The notes under the pieces were generated by a model. The model ran no database searches and was not told the origin of the DNA. It worked only from the letters and a program-made list of their open reading frames with translations. From Candidatus Latescibacterota bacterium (GTDB lineage Bacteria > Latescibacterota > UBA2968 > UBA8231): a stretch of 64,000 nucleotides of DNA. Below, one piece after another: positions 29,553 through 40,185 of this stretch. Within the stretch, counting starts at the first letter, position 1. Every line of letters begins with the position of its first letter. Position numbers and translations under genes: made by a program. The stretch is taken from NCBI GenBank assembly GCA_965217585.1, contig OZ244561.1, positions 2,880,001-2,944,000 on the forward strand, in the 5' to 3' direction.

Positions 29553-29841
29553 CCGCCGCCCTCGCGGCGCAGAAGGAAGCCGAGCCGGAGGAGGCCAATA
29601 GGGCGCTCAACAAAGTGATGCGCTAAGGCTTGGAAATTGCGGCGCTGCGACACCCCTGGGAAGGAGAGAAGGCGGGGCTCGGGTGTCCCGTTTTTTTTTG
29701 CCCAAATGCGAACCTTTTGCCCGTCGGTTTCTTCTTGTAGAGTGAAGGAGGTGCAGCCGTGGATAGAACATCAGCGCCACGGAAAGAAAGGAGTTGGGCG
29801 CTTCCCCGTCGCCTAAAGACGAGTCCCCAGTGCCGGATTGT

Positions 29842-31179
29842 ATGGACAGCGAAGCCGACCTGGTGCGCCGGTGCCAGATGGGTGATGGCACGGCCTTTGC
29901 CCCGCTCCTGCGCCCGTACGAATACGCCCTGGCCGCGCTGATCCGCTACCGGATCGGCCACCCGCAGCACGCCGAAGATGTATTGCAGGAGGCGCTGGTG
30001 CAGGCTTGGACGCGGATCGGCGCGCTTAGAGAACCAGACAAGATCGGCCCTTGGCTGATGCAGATCGGTCGCAACCAATGCCGCGATTTCTTCAAGGCGG
30101 CACAGCGGCGTGAAAAGCCCACCGAGGGCGCGGTGCTGGCGCGGGCCGTCGATAGCGACTTACTGCGGCAGCATCGACGGCAGCTCCAGCGGGACGAAGC
30201 GGCCCAGGCGTTGGAGCAGGTGCCGCAGCCCCAGCAGCAGGTCGCCCGCCTGCACTACCTGGAGGGCTTGAGCATCGCCGAAATAGCCGCCCGCGGCCAA
30301 TGGCCCCAAGGCTCGGTCAAACGACATTTGTTCCAGGCGCGCCTGCACATGCGCCAGAGCATGGAAATCACCGCCCGCGGAAGGAGGCCCGAAATGCGGA
30401 CCCAATTACCCAAAGACCAAAAGGACGGACAGTCCTTCCCCCAGCAGCGGCCCGAAATCGCCGTCCGCGAACTGGACGGGGTGCCCTTTGCGGTCGAATG
30501 CCCCGAGTTGCGCTGGTGGCTGGTGGTGCCGCGTTTGGGCGAGGAAGCAATCCAAGGCACGTACAAAGCGCCCGACTGGCGCTTGGATTGCGTTGCCCGC
30601 ATGCGGGTGGCGCGCCCGGCCGAGGTGCACGGCTTGGAAGGCGTGGAAGTCGAGGTCGAGGAATGGGACGGGGACGTTGAAGGCTGGCGCGATGCCGGCT
30701 GGTCCATGTGCGCCCGGGAGAATGGGGAGGAGATCCAGTATCTGGCGGTCATTGAGCAGCAGGAGGAGGGGATCTCGATCAACACGTATCTAAGTCAGGG
30801 TTTCACCGGGGCCTTCGGGTGTATGAAGCGCCGCATTGAGGACACTGGACGACATGTGCGCCAGCCGGACGGCTCGTGGAAACAGGCCCACAGCGCTGAC
30901 AATCTCGATGCCAGCGGTGCCGGGATGTACGAGGTGCGCATCGGCGATAAAGTCTTCACCTGTCTGCGGGTGCTGCAACTCGAAGGCCTGGTCACCGAAG
31001 AGGACGCGCCCATCGACGAGGCATACATCACCGCCGAGGGCCACACTGTGCTAATCCGAGACTATGCCCACGACTGCTTTGACAATATCGACCTGGACCG
31101 CTCCCATGCCCTAGTAATCGACGGGCAGACGCTGTACCACTGGACGGACCGGGTGACCGGGGCGGGATTGGGGCTTTGA
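29842..31179 (+). CDS. ECF sigma factor with long C-terminal extension
   Basis: AEDVLQEALVQAW, WLMQIGRNQCRD, YLEGLSIAEIA...GSVKRHLFQAR, followed by ~270 aa of unknown domain. Confidence 0.85.
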   Translation: MDSEADLVRRCQMGDGTAFAPLLRPYEYALAALIRYRIGHPQHAEDVLQEALVQAWTRIGALREPDKIGPWLMQIGRNQCRDFFKAAQRREKPTEGAVLARAVDSDLLRQHRRQLQRDEAAQALEQVPQPQQQVARLHYLEGLSIAEIAARGQWPQGSVKRHLFQARLHMRQSMEITARGRRPEMRTQLPKDQKDGQSFPQQRPEIAVRELDGVPFAVECPELRWWLVVPRLGEEAIQGTYKAPDWRLDCVARMRVARPAEVHGLEGVEVEVEEWDGDVEGWRDAGWSMCARENGEEIQYLAVIEQQEEGISINTYLSQGFTGAFGCMKRRIEDTGRHVRQPDGSWKQAHSADNLDASGAGMYEVRIGDKVFTCLRVLQLEGLVTEEDAPIDEAYITAEGHTVLIRDYAHDCFDNIDLDRSHALVIDGQTLYHWTDRVTGAGLGL

Positions 31180-31383
31180 GGGTTACTTCTATAGCAAGGA
31201 GAAAGCTCTCTGATGATTAGGAGCGCTTTCCCGAGCCCCCAGTCTCGACCGATGCGGACACTGCGGAGGACCGAACGACGGCAAGTTTGATTGACCCCGA
31301 CATCGCCTAGGTAAACATCGACGCAAAGCCCCTTGTCGTCACCCGCTACAAATTAAACGCTATCTTCTGAATGCAAGCCCAGT

Positions 31384-34300
31384 CTAGAGCGCACTATTGT
31401 TCTTCTTTGCCGTCTTCTCAACAGGCAATCGGGGACGCAGATCAAGGAGGTGAACCTTTAGTGCTACCATACCACCCATCATATCCTCCACGCGTTTGGC
31501 TTCATCACGGAGGAGCGACATCAACTCTGTTAGACCGATGAGGGTTCCATTGTCCGGGTGTTTCCACTTCTGATCTCTCGCCAGTGTTACCAACAGGCAT
31601 CCTGACCTGCTGGTCTCGGCCGCCATGTATTTCGTGACCAGTTGATCATGGATCGTGTCGCGCAAGTCGCGGGCAGACCGGCTATTGGCCCGGCTATTGG
31701 CGAGCTTGAGTTCGATGATCGCTTCGTGCTCGGACACGACAGAACGCAGACGAATATCCGTTTCCTTTTCGTCTGCCGTAACGGCCTCCTGGTCCACCTT
31801 GTAAAGGCCATTTGCTGCATGGCGCAGTTCCCTCGCGATCTCGCGGCGCATGACCTTCTCGTCGGTGATCCCCGCCCAGGCATCCCTAGGCGACACGTCG
31901 CTTCGCAAGAGTTCATTAAGGTCAAGCAGACGATCGCTCATAATGGCGAACATCGCTTCGTTTGTTGAAGCAGGTGCTTCGCCTGTTTTGTCGAGCGCAA
32001 TGGCCTGTGTTTCGTCGAACGCGACTGAATCGATCTCCTGTGCCCAATGCTCCTCGGCAACCGCGATAATGTGGTCCTTGAATTGTGCGCAAAGAGGATC
32101 ATTAGCCATTTCCAGCTTCGCTGCCCAGCCCTCTTCACCTTTCGCCTCGAACAGAGCGTTCTCAATCCCGTTTCGTGCGCGTTCGGCGTGATCGCGGGTG
32201 TCCGGTGAATAGGAACCCTCGTGCTCGGCATCGTCAACGGGCCGAACATGTTGATACGCGAGACGGAACAGTCGCAGAAGCAGTTGCGGCGTGAATGCCG
32301 GAGTCTTCAAATTGATCACATCATGACGCTCGCCGAAAAGAACACTGAACCATTTGACCGCTTCGCTACGCGCTCCTGGCTCGACCGTTCTGATCCGATC
32401 CTCAAGCGCGGATACACCGAGTTCGGGGTCGACGCGCATAAGCGTCGGCAACCACACAAAAGCAAGTTCTTCCGGCAGGTCATCCTGGAGCCGCTCACGC
32501 GCGACTAGCGAGCACGTGCGTGCGCGTATCTTCGTCGCCATGCTTCAGCATCACGCCGATCACCTGCCGAAGCCGCTTGGTGGCCCCAAAGAGGTCGCCC
32601 GCACCATCGACAACATCTCCGTTCCCGTCCAACCATTCGCGGAGTCGAGGGATAAACAATTTAGCGACCGGCTCAGGCGCGTAACTAATGTCCTGCAATA
32701 GCATCGAATGGCCGTGTGCGCGCGGGTCCCTTTTCAGTTCCCAGCTCAACTCGTTGCCGAGTATTGCATCCACCGCGTCTGGATGGGCATTGACGAGACT
32801 TTCCATCCAATTAGGCAGTCCATTGAGTTGGATGGGGGCGAATCTCACCGCGAGCTTCGCTTCTTCTTCAGTTAGTTTGGTAGCCCATGAAGGATCTTCG
32901 GCCTCCGCATAGAGCGCGGCGAGCCCGAGCTGCCAACGGACGAGATAGGTGCTGCGCTCGTCTTCCGGTCTTTCGCTTGGAACGGTGGGATGGTCTTCGC
33001 GCCAGATATTCATCAGAATCCGCCGCAACCGGTCCGCGGTCTCTTTTCCAAACTGCTCTTCGATAAAGCGTCGATTCCACCCTGATTCACGGCTATCGTC
33101 GTCGTCGTGGCTCATTGCCTGCCAAAGATCCCACGCTGTGTTCCAGCTGCGTTCGGAGGAGAAAGCGCTCTCAGGGCGCTCAGCGACTTCACGCCAGAAC
33201 TCAATCCAACTGGCCCTATTCTTCGCGTCTCGCCTCTCTTGTTGCTGCTTCCGCAGAGCCTGCTCTTTCTCCCAGCGCTTCTCCTCTTCGTCGTGCTGCG
33301 ATGGTTTCAGGTACTCATCGATTGCCGCAAGTAGACTTGGCTGATCGGCAACCAGCGGCTTCAGTCCCGACACATGATCCTGCCGCTGTTCGCGGTGTGG
33401 AACTAGACGCATCGCCGCCTCCAATAGCATGGCCCGGTCGTTTTCGGAGCGCGCCGTGTCGCCGAGGGCTTCCTTGATCCAGTCCAGATCCCGCTCTGGA
33501 CGAAGCTGGACAGGCCCGTGGTGCCATGTGACTGCTGCGAAACGCTTCCAAGGATCCGCGATGGCGTGGAGTGATTGAACCAAGGAGTCTTCCGCCCAGA
33601 AAAGACGCGCATGGTCTTCAGCGGACAGGTTACTCAATCGCTCGTGAAGCGCCTTGTGCGCTTCGTCATTGCTGTATTCGCGATTATGGAGACGAAGCGC
33701 AAGAACGCTCGCATGCAGCCAGCAATCGCTCTTGCTTCCGTCGAGTCCGTGCATGCAGGTCGCGGCCAATGCGCCGCTCAGATGGGGTCGGTCGCAGACA
33801 ATGTGAGGCCATTCCTTGCGCCAGCGGAGTCCGACAGAAAGCAACTCGACCAGTCCGTCGCGAAGCGCCTCAAGGCCCGGCGGGTCAAGTTCTGCATCGA
33901 CGATCGGATGGGGCAGGTGCCAACTCAGGTCGCCCACCCTACGCTCCCCTTCCTTCATCCAACTCAGCGTCTGACAAAGCTGCTCGATTGAGAGATTTCG
34001 AGGAAACAGTCGCAGCACGACGCCCCGCGCAACGTTGTCCGGCCACAGAGCATCAGCAGCCGCTACTTCGGACGCAATGTCCTTGAGCCTAGGATCGCTG
34101 ATCGCCACCATCGCATCGACAGCAATCATCCGTTGGACTTCGGGCGCTTCAACGTCACGGGCAACGTCGTGCATGATGTCAGCACAACCATTGATGCGCC
34201 CCGCCTCGACAAGATAAAGCAGCGTCTGACGAACATCGGGGTTTTCTATACCCTTTTCCCAAAGTTGACTGATGTCGTCTGCCAGTTCGGGCGAAGCGAA

Positions 34301-35719
34301 ACGATGAACCTGGATGTGTGGAACGCTCAGTCCACGCCATCCACCCTGACCATAGCGCTCCACATAGACACGCAGTGCTTGATTGCGCTGCGATTGGGAA
34401 AGAGCCTCCGGGTCACCTTCATTAAGAAGCACTGCAGGCTCGTTGTCCCGCAGCATTTCGAACATTCTATCCTCTGCGAGCGCCAACCAACCAGCGATCG
34501 GTCGTTTTGATGGACGGACAATCGTCTTGCCTTTGGTTTGCGCGAAGATCAGCCGCTTGAGAGCCCGAAACGACATGCCTCGAGCGCGGAGCGCCCGAAG
34601 ACGTTCTGCCGCCAGAAATTCAACGACGGAACGATGGTGAAAACGCACGCGACCATAGGAGGCAAAACCGAACAGCGGCCGTTCAAGTAGAGCTTTTAGC
34701 TCATTGGGGTTCCAGTCCGACAGTATGATCGCCGGATCGAGGGCGGCTTCATCCTCGACGACGTCTGACGCGGCGCTGTGCCGGATCGTCATACGGCGCG
34801 TAACCATCATGGCGAGCGCCAATCGGCTGGCCCCTTCAATGGCTCGGTCGACGGACAGCTCGGCGGGCTCGTGCCTGTCGTCCCTCGGCTGCAGCTTCAC
34901 GCGCACATTCGTCGCCACTTGATCGCGATGAGTTCGGATACGCTTGTGTTCCCGCCAATCCGCGCATAACTCGATCAGGTCCTGCGGGCGCCGCGCGAAT
35001 TCCAGCGCGTTCCGTCTCTCCAAGTCCTCCAGCAGCACCGTAGGATCCTCGACACCTTTAACCCTCGCGAATTCGAGAATCTGTGCGTCCGATAGGGGCA
35101 TAAGCGCGACGGTACGCCAATCGGGAGCGGCGGAATCGTCCTTGTCCCCGACTTGGTGGCTCTGGTGATCGCGCATTGCGATCTTCGCGAAGGTTTCTTC
35201 ACTCGGCTCCGTCGAAGGCGCCGGAGGAATGGGCAGCAGACGACGCACAAGCTGTTCGTCGAATGGGATCGGCCGCGTCGTTATGACGATCCGGGACTGT
35301 CGGAGCTTGCTGCCAATCGCCTTTTCCAAGCGTTTGAGTGCCAGCTCGAACGAACCGAGGCTCAGTTTCAGTTCGTCGATTGAGTCCAGGAAGAACGTCG
35401 CGACGTCGGATTGCGAGGAAAGCCAGGCGTCCAGCCGCGCTTCTTCGTTGTGGCTTAGGAGGCTTCGGAGATCTTCCGCCCCCAAGCCCGCCAAATCAAC
35501 GAAGAACGCGGGTTCCCCCGCATCCCACAGACGCTGAGCCTGTCTGCGGCATTCATACGTCTTGCCCGCGCCCGCCTCTGAGATCATCAGCACACGCTTC
35601 GAGCGCAGCAGGTCTTCCCATGTCGTCCCTCTCGACCAACCTAGGCTGACCAAGAACGACTGCTGATCTGCCTCGCTGAGTTTGCCCTCAGGGATATTCT
35701 GGAATGTTCTTTCGATCAT
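31384..35719 (-). pseudogene. Frameshifted STAND/NACHT NTPase with C-terminal PD-(D/E)XK nuclease (Avs2-like antiphage protein)
   Basis: Walker A SEAGAGKT, Walker B FFLDSIDE, IVITTRP, VRFHHRSVVEFLAAE; second frame carries QEAVTADEKETDIRL...IIELK; removing one base near 32506 joins the frames (HVLA-VARERLQ). Confidence 0.75.
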
Positions 35720-35722
35720 CAG

Positions 35723-36967
35723 TTAGAAGCGCCTTCCGCCAGCGAATCCATTGAATTCGTCCAGGAACCACTCGGCTTGCTTCGTCATAAAGACGCCGAT
35801 CTCTTCCCCCTTGAAGGCGAAAGATACCCTGAGCCCACCCAGGTAAATATCCGTGATATAGACTTCCATGTTGAGCGTCTGCTCGTCGACCCACGCGGCT
35901 GAGGCCAGGCAATCGTATTTGATGCCCGGGACCGAGCCGATCTGTTCGCCGAAGTAATTGCGTTGAGGGAACTTGCCGGACAGTACGCGCCCGACACCGA
36001 ACCGCAGCACGTTGTCGCCCTGACCGTTGGTGTACTCCCAGACGCCCTCATCCTCCTTGAAGGACAGGCGCATCCGCGTGATCCCCATCGGGTTGTCTGC
36101 CAAAGCATACCAGGCTCCGTTGACTTCCAAAGCCGCCCTTGCGTCGGGGCCCCCGGGGATCGGCAGGACTGCCAGCCGCTCGATCTTATCGGAGAGTTCC
36201 GCGTGGGCGTCGCGGTTTTCGGCAAGCGGCGCGTCTGATAGGTGGGGGTAGAGTTCCTGACGCATCACGACCGGAATGGCGCTGCCGGCCGGTGCGCCCT
36301 GTGTGTCGGCGATGCATGTGAACAGAAACTCTTTGTCGGGAAAACAGATCGCGTACTGACTGCCCATCCCGCGGAAGGAGAATCCGTTCTCTTGGTCTCG
36401 CCAGATCTGATATCCATACCCGCAGTTCCCCCGGATGGCGTTGTCGATCTGGCTGGAGGCAAGCCGTTCGACCGTGGCTGTGAGCACGACGGTTGCCGCG
36501 GTGTCGTACGAAAAGATCGTTCCAGAAGGATGCGAGGGGGGCCGGTTGAAGAAGGTCCAAACCCAGTCCGGATCGTCGCGCGTATAGGAGGTTGTCGAAT
36601 GGGGGGTCGCCATCGTCAGGAGATCCCGGACGGTCGCGGCGGCAAGCCACGGATGAAGGTCTTCCGGCAGTTTGTCCGGGAAGTATTCGGCGACCCGATC
36701 GTCGAGGGTGAGCCGGCCTTCGTCGACCATCATCCCGACCGCCAACGCGACAAAGCTCTTACTGACCGAATACATCCGGTGCATGCGTTCCGCCGACCAC
36801 GGGGCCCAGTATCCCTCAGCCGCGATTCTGTTGTGATGCACCAGCAGGAATCCATGCATGCAGATTCGCTCGGAGTCGATCCGCTGCAGGAAATTCAGGA
36901 TCGCCCGTGAAGGTATTCCCTGGCTTTCAGGTGAGGGTGCCGTTGTAAACACTTTTTCACTTTCCAT
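35723..36967 (-). CDS. Serine hydrolase (beta-lactamase class C-like), apparently with an internal in-frame deletion
   Basis: AGGAG RBS then MESEKVF; SVSK, LLTMAT, FSYDT, GYGYQIW motifs; the segment normally found between TVERL and GYGYQIW seems absent. Confidence 0.75.
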   Translation of the reverse strand: MESEKVFTTAPSPESQGIPSRAILNFLQRIDSERICMHGFLLVHHNRIAAEGYWAPWSAERMHRMYSVSKSFVALAVGMMVDEGRLTLDDRVAEYFPDKLPEDLHPWLAAATVRDLLTMATPHSTTSYTRDDPDWVWTFFNRPPSHPSGTIFSYDTAATVVLTATVERLASSQIDNAIRGNCGYGYQIWRDQENGFSFRGMGSQYAICFPDKEFLFTCIADTQGAPAGSAIPVVMRQELYPHLSDAPLAENRDAHAELSDKIERLAVLPIPGGPDARAALEVNGAWYALADNPMGITRMRLSFKEDEGVWEYTNGQGDNVLRFGVGRVLSGKFPQRNYFGEQIGSVPGIKYDCLASAAWVDEQTLNMEVYITDIYLGGLRVSFAFKGEEIGVFMTKQAEWFLDEFNGFAGGRRF

Positions 36968-36974
36968 AGCTGCT

Positions 36975-37007
36975 CCTTGACAAAGAATCCAAAAAAGACC
37001 CTTTATT
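36975..37007 (+). promoter_or_regulatory. Repeated promoter-like module, second copy
   Basis: ccttgacaaagaatccaaaaaagaccctttatt, 29/33 identical to 19984-20016. Confidence 0.5.
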
Positions 37008-37043
37008 TTTCCTATACATTCCAAAAACCTAAGGGAGATCAGC

Positions 37044-37844
37044 ATGCGACTCAAAGACAAAACAGCCATCGTCACTGGTGCCGGGGGCGGCATGGGCCTC
37101 GGCATAGCGAAATGCCTGACGCGCGAAGGGGCCGCCATCGTGGCGACCGACATCGACGGCGACAGGGCGCAGGCCACCGCCGACCAGCTCGAGCGCGAAG
37201 GGGCCGCCGCGGTCGCCATCGCCGCCGACATAACGGATGAATCCGCCTGCCAGGACCTCGTCGCGCAGGCGATCGAGCGCTTCGGCGCCATCGACATCCT
37301 CGTCAACAACGCCGGCCACTTCGGCACCATCGTCGGTGCCCCGTTCACCAACTTCACCGGCGAGGAGTGGGACAGCAACTACGACATACACGTCAAGGGC
37401 CCCTTCTTCCTCTGCAAGGCGATCGCCCCGCACATGATCGAGCGCCGCTACGGCAAGATCATCAACATCTCTTCCGCGGCCGCCAAACGCGACCCGACCT
37501 TCCTACCGGCCTACGCGGCCGCCAAGAACGCGATGCTCAGCCTGACGCGGCTGACCGCCAAGGACCTAGGACCGCACAACATCACCGTAAACGCCGTATG
37601 CCCCGGGTTCGTGTGGACCAACTTCTGGCACACGCTGGCGCCGAAGATCGCCGAGGTAGATCCCGCCTATGCCGGCAAAAGCGCCCGCGAGGTGTTCGAC
37701 CTGTTCATCGCCAACTCGACGCCGATGCAGCGGGAACAGTCGCCTGAGGACATCGGCAACATGGTCGCCTTCCTCGCTTCCGAGGAGGCACGCAACGTCA
37801 CCGGCCAGACGATAAACGTCAGCGGCGGCATGGTCCTGGACTGA
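37044..37844 (+). CDS. Short-chain dehydrogenase/reductase
   Basis: TGAGGGMG, NNAG, YAAAK, VNAVCPG. Confidence 0.93.
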   Translation: MRLKDKTAIVTGAGGGMGLGIAKCLTREGAAIVATDIDGDRAQATADQLEREGAAAVAIAADITDESACQDLVAQAIERFGAIDILVNNAGHFGTIVGAPFTNFTGEEWDSNYDIHVKGPFFLCKAIAPHMIERRYGKIINISSAAAKRDPTFLPAYAAAKNAMLSLTRLTAKDLGPHNITVNAVCPGFVWTNFWHTLAPKIAEVDPAYAGKSAREVFDLFIANSTPMQREQSPEDIGNMVAFLASEEARNVTGQTINVSGGMVLD

Positions 37845-37853
37845 ACAAGGCGA

Positions 37854-38525
37854 ATGCACAAAGAACCTGCTGACTTGCGAGTGATCCTGATCGGCGGCTC
37901 ATCCCACGTCGGAAAATCGACCTTGGCCGATTCGCTGGCAGCAAAGCTGGGGTGGGCCCAAATCTCCACGGACAAACTCGCCCGCCACCCCGGTCGGCCA
38001 TGGCAACCGGAACCACAGCAGGTGCCCGACCACGTAGCCGAGCACTATCTCTCGCTGTCGGTGCGCGAATTGATTGAGGATGTGCTCCATCACTACAAGG
38101 TCAATGTGTGGCCGCAAGTTGAGGCGATCGTCACGGCGACCGCGACCGACACCTCCAAGGAGCGGATAATAATAGAGGGATCTGCTCTGTGGCCAGAGTT
38201 TGTGGCGACCCTAAATGTTGCCAACTTCGCTGCTGTTTGGCTCACAGCCAGTGACGCCGTCTTTGAGCAGAGGATTCGCGCGGCAAGTCAGTATCGAACG
38301 AAGTCCCAGCGCGCAAGAAGGATGGTGGATAAGTTTCTGGAACGCAGCCTGCTCTACAATGCGCAGATGATGGATGCAATTAGGCTGCACGGGCTGGTCA
38401 GTGTGGACGTAAGTGCAGCTAGTGTGGATGAGCTGACGCAGAGGTGTTTGTCGTTGCTGGGCTTGGAGCACGCTGGGCCGCGTCCTGAACGAGAGTACGA
38501 TGGCCGCATGACGGACATTTTTTAA
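37854..38525 (+). CDS. P-loop small-molecule kinase (2-phosphoglycerate kinase-like)
   Basis: GGSSHVGKST Walker A; ISTD; IIIEG. Confidence 0.75.
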   Translation: MHKEPADLRVILIGGSSHVGKSTLADSLAAKLGWAQISTDKLARHPGRPWQPEPQQVPDHVAEHYLSLSVRELIEDVLHHYKVNVWPQVEAIVTATATDTSKERIIIEGSALWPEFVATLNVANFAAVWLTASDAVFEQRIRAASQYRTKSQRARRMVDKFLERSLLYNAQMMDAIRLHGLVSVDVSAASVDELTQRCLSLLGLEHAGPRPEREYDGRMTDIF

Positions 38526-38565
38526 TTTGTATATAATTGCTTAATTGTCCGGTTCTGGATAGCTT

Positions 38566-38613
38566 CAGCATAGAGACGCACTTTATGCCGAGTGGGAAAC
38601 CAAAGTGATATAA
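38566..38613 (+). pseudogene. 3' remnant of a probable DUF4160 toxin gene
   Basis: QHRDALYAEWETKVI* ends directly before the RBS of a DUF2442 gene, the usual position of its partner. Confidence 0.4.
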
Positions 38614-38623
38614 GGAGCTAAAA

Positions 38624-39433
38624 ATGGCAAAGACTGCTGAAATGATTGTCTGGGCTCAAGACCTATTTAGCTATGACATCATTCCGCCCTCTTTCACCGT
38701 TTTTAGACCGGATGAGAGCGAGGTGAACGCTCGGAATATTTTCGTATTAACTTCTGTTGCCGACCTTCCTACTGTAAGTGAGTTTGTCCGCGCTCCCAAT
38801 CATCGAAACCATCTTCGAACCCTTTTCGTCCGCGAAGACAACAACGCTCAGTTTTTGCCGCAGATGCTTTACGAGGCAAAACTCAAAAGCAGCCGACATA
38901 TTCTTGTGTATTCAACTGAGGATGTGCCAAAGCGCGTTCTAACAGCTTGGAGTCTTGGATGTCCCGATCAACTCATTGCCACGGCACAGGTTGTAGGTGA
39001 GGAACTCTTTATCATGGCGTGTGATAACACCTTATTCAGAGTGGGTTTTGCAGAAATGCCCGCACTGGAGCGCATACCATCCCAACAGCGTTCTTCATTT
39101 ACTATCTCCAGTGAAGGCAGTTATATACACTGGCCTGAGGTTGATGTACACATTGACCTAGATGCTGTTCGCTACCTAAAAGACGAAACATGGCGTGAGA
39201 AAAAGGATCGGGAAAAACTAATGTACGACCTCCGATTCGGAGAGGCCGTTGCCGCATTGCGCAAGCAGTACGGGCTTAAGCAAACCGAGATACGAGGGCT
39301 TTCTGAACGCCATGTGCGAAGGATCGAAAAGGGGGAACGGACAAAGATTGATACGCTAGCGATTTTGGCAAGAAACCACGGATTGTCCCTTAAAGAGTAT
39401 CTCGATGAAATTGCCGAAATGTTCTCCCCTTAG
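38624..39433 (+). CDS. DUF2442 plus XRE-HTH protein (antitoxin-like)
   Basis: FTISSEGSYIHWPEVDVHID; C-terminal LRKQYGLKQTEIRGLSERHVRRIEKG. Confidence 0.75.
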   Translation: MAKTAEMIVWAQDLFSYDIIPPSFTVFRPDESEVNARNIFVLTSVADLPTVSEFVRAPNHRNHLRTLFVREDNNAQFLPQMLYEAKLKSSRHILVYSTEDVPKRVLTAWSLGCPDQLIATAQVVGEELFIMACDNTLFRVGFAEMPALERIPSQQRSSFTISSEGSYIHWPEVDVHIDLDAVRYLKDETWREKKDREKLMYDLRFGEAVAALRKQYGLKQTEIRGLSERHVRRIEKGERTKIDTLAILARNHGLSLKEYLDEIAEMFSP

Positions 39434-39502
39434 GACTTTTCCAGCCGCGTCGGTTTATTTTTTGCGGTCCTTGTAGCGGCGGCCCCTGTCTTCGACGCGG
39501 CG
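39431..39502. repeat. Copy 2 of PNPOx-like gene 3'-end repeat
   Basis: 39449-39502 is identical to 41925-41978 (54 bp); starts at the TAG stop of the preceding gene. Confidence 0.95.
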
Positions 39503-39721
39503 GCCTCAAGGATACCGGCGACGATGGCTGAGCCGACCTGTGGAAGTGGGGCTGCTGCGTCTGAGGGTACAAGGGTAAGCACTCAGACCTTGACGCCGCC
39601 TTCAACTAGGTGCGGTAGTACGCTTTAGCGCTGAAAAACTCGCCTCTGCTGATCGTTTGGTACATAGTGCGGTTTCGGATTCGTACGAAATAGTGGAAGG
39701 AGCCGCTCTATGGTCCATCTA

Positions 39722-39757
39722 TTGCCAAGATTTTTGGTATTAGATATAATACCAAAA
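39722..39757 (+). promoter_or_regulatory. Sigma70 promoter with overlapping palindromic operator; predicted leaderless transcript
   Basis: TTGCCA-N17-TATAAT; 11-bp inverted repeat ttttggtatta / taataccaaaa; only 6 nt between the -10 box and the ATG, no RBS. Confidence 0.75.
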
Positions 39758-40185
39758 TGGGACTGTCTCAAATTGTCTTGGATACCAATATTTTGGTCGC
39801 AGCACTTCGCTCTAAACGGGGTGCTTCTTTTAAGCTGGTCTCTTTGGTTGGCCAAGGTCTATTTGGGATCAATCTCTCGGTGCCGCTCGTCTTGCAGTAC
39901 GAAGAGGTACTTCGACGCCAGAGACGTAGTTTACATGTTACGCAGGACAGTATTGCAGATGTTCTTGATTATCTGTGCTCGGTGGCCAATTTGCACGAGA
40001 TATATTTCCTTTGGCGGCCCTACCTGCCGGATCCGCAGGATGATATGCTGCTGGATTTGGCTGTCAATGCGAGCTGTAAGTATATCGTAACCTATAACAA
40101 ACGGGACTTCCGCGGTGTGGAGACGTTTGGCATTAAGGTAGTAACGGCCAAAGAATTTCTGGAAAGGATAGGAGTCTTATCATGA
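39757..40185 (+). CDS. PIN-domain toxin
   Basis: IVLDTNILVAAL...QYEEV...DPQDDMLLDLA...IVTYNKRDF. Confidence 0.9.
   Translation: MGLSQIVLDTNILVAALRSKRGASFKLVSLVGQGLFGINLSVPLVLQYEEVLRRQRRSLHVTQDSIADVLDYLCSVANLHEIYFLWRPYLPDPQDDMLLDLAVNASCKYIVTYNKRDFRGVETFGIKVVTAKEFLERIGVLS

Noticed and set aside
32495-32541. Programmed ribosomal frameshift in the STAND gene
   Set aside because: No slippery heptamer or homopolymer at the junction; a single-base insertion explains it more simply.
36968-37378. N-terminal extension of the 551-aa ORF
   Set aside because: It is the antisense shadow of the SDR gene; the real start is MESEKVF at 36967 with an AGGAG RBS.
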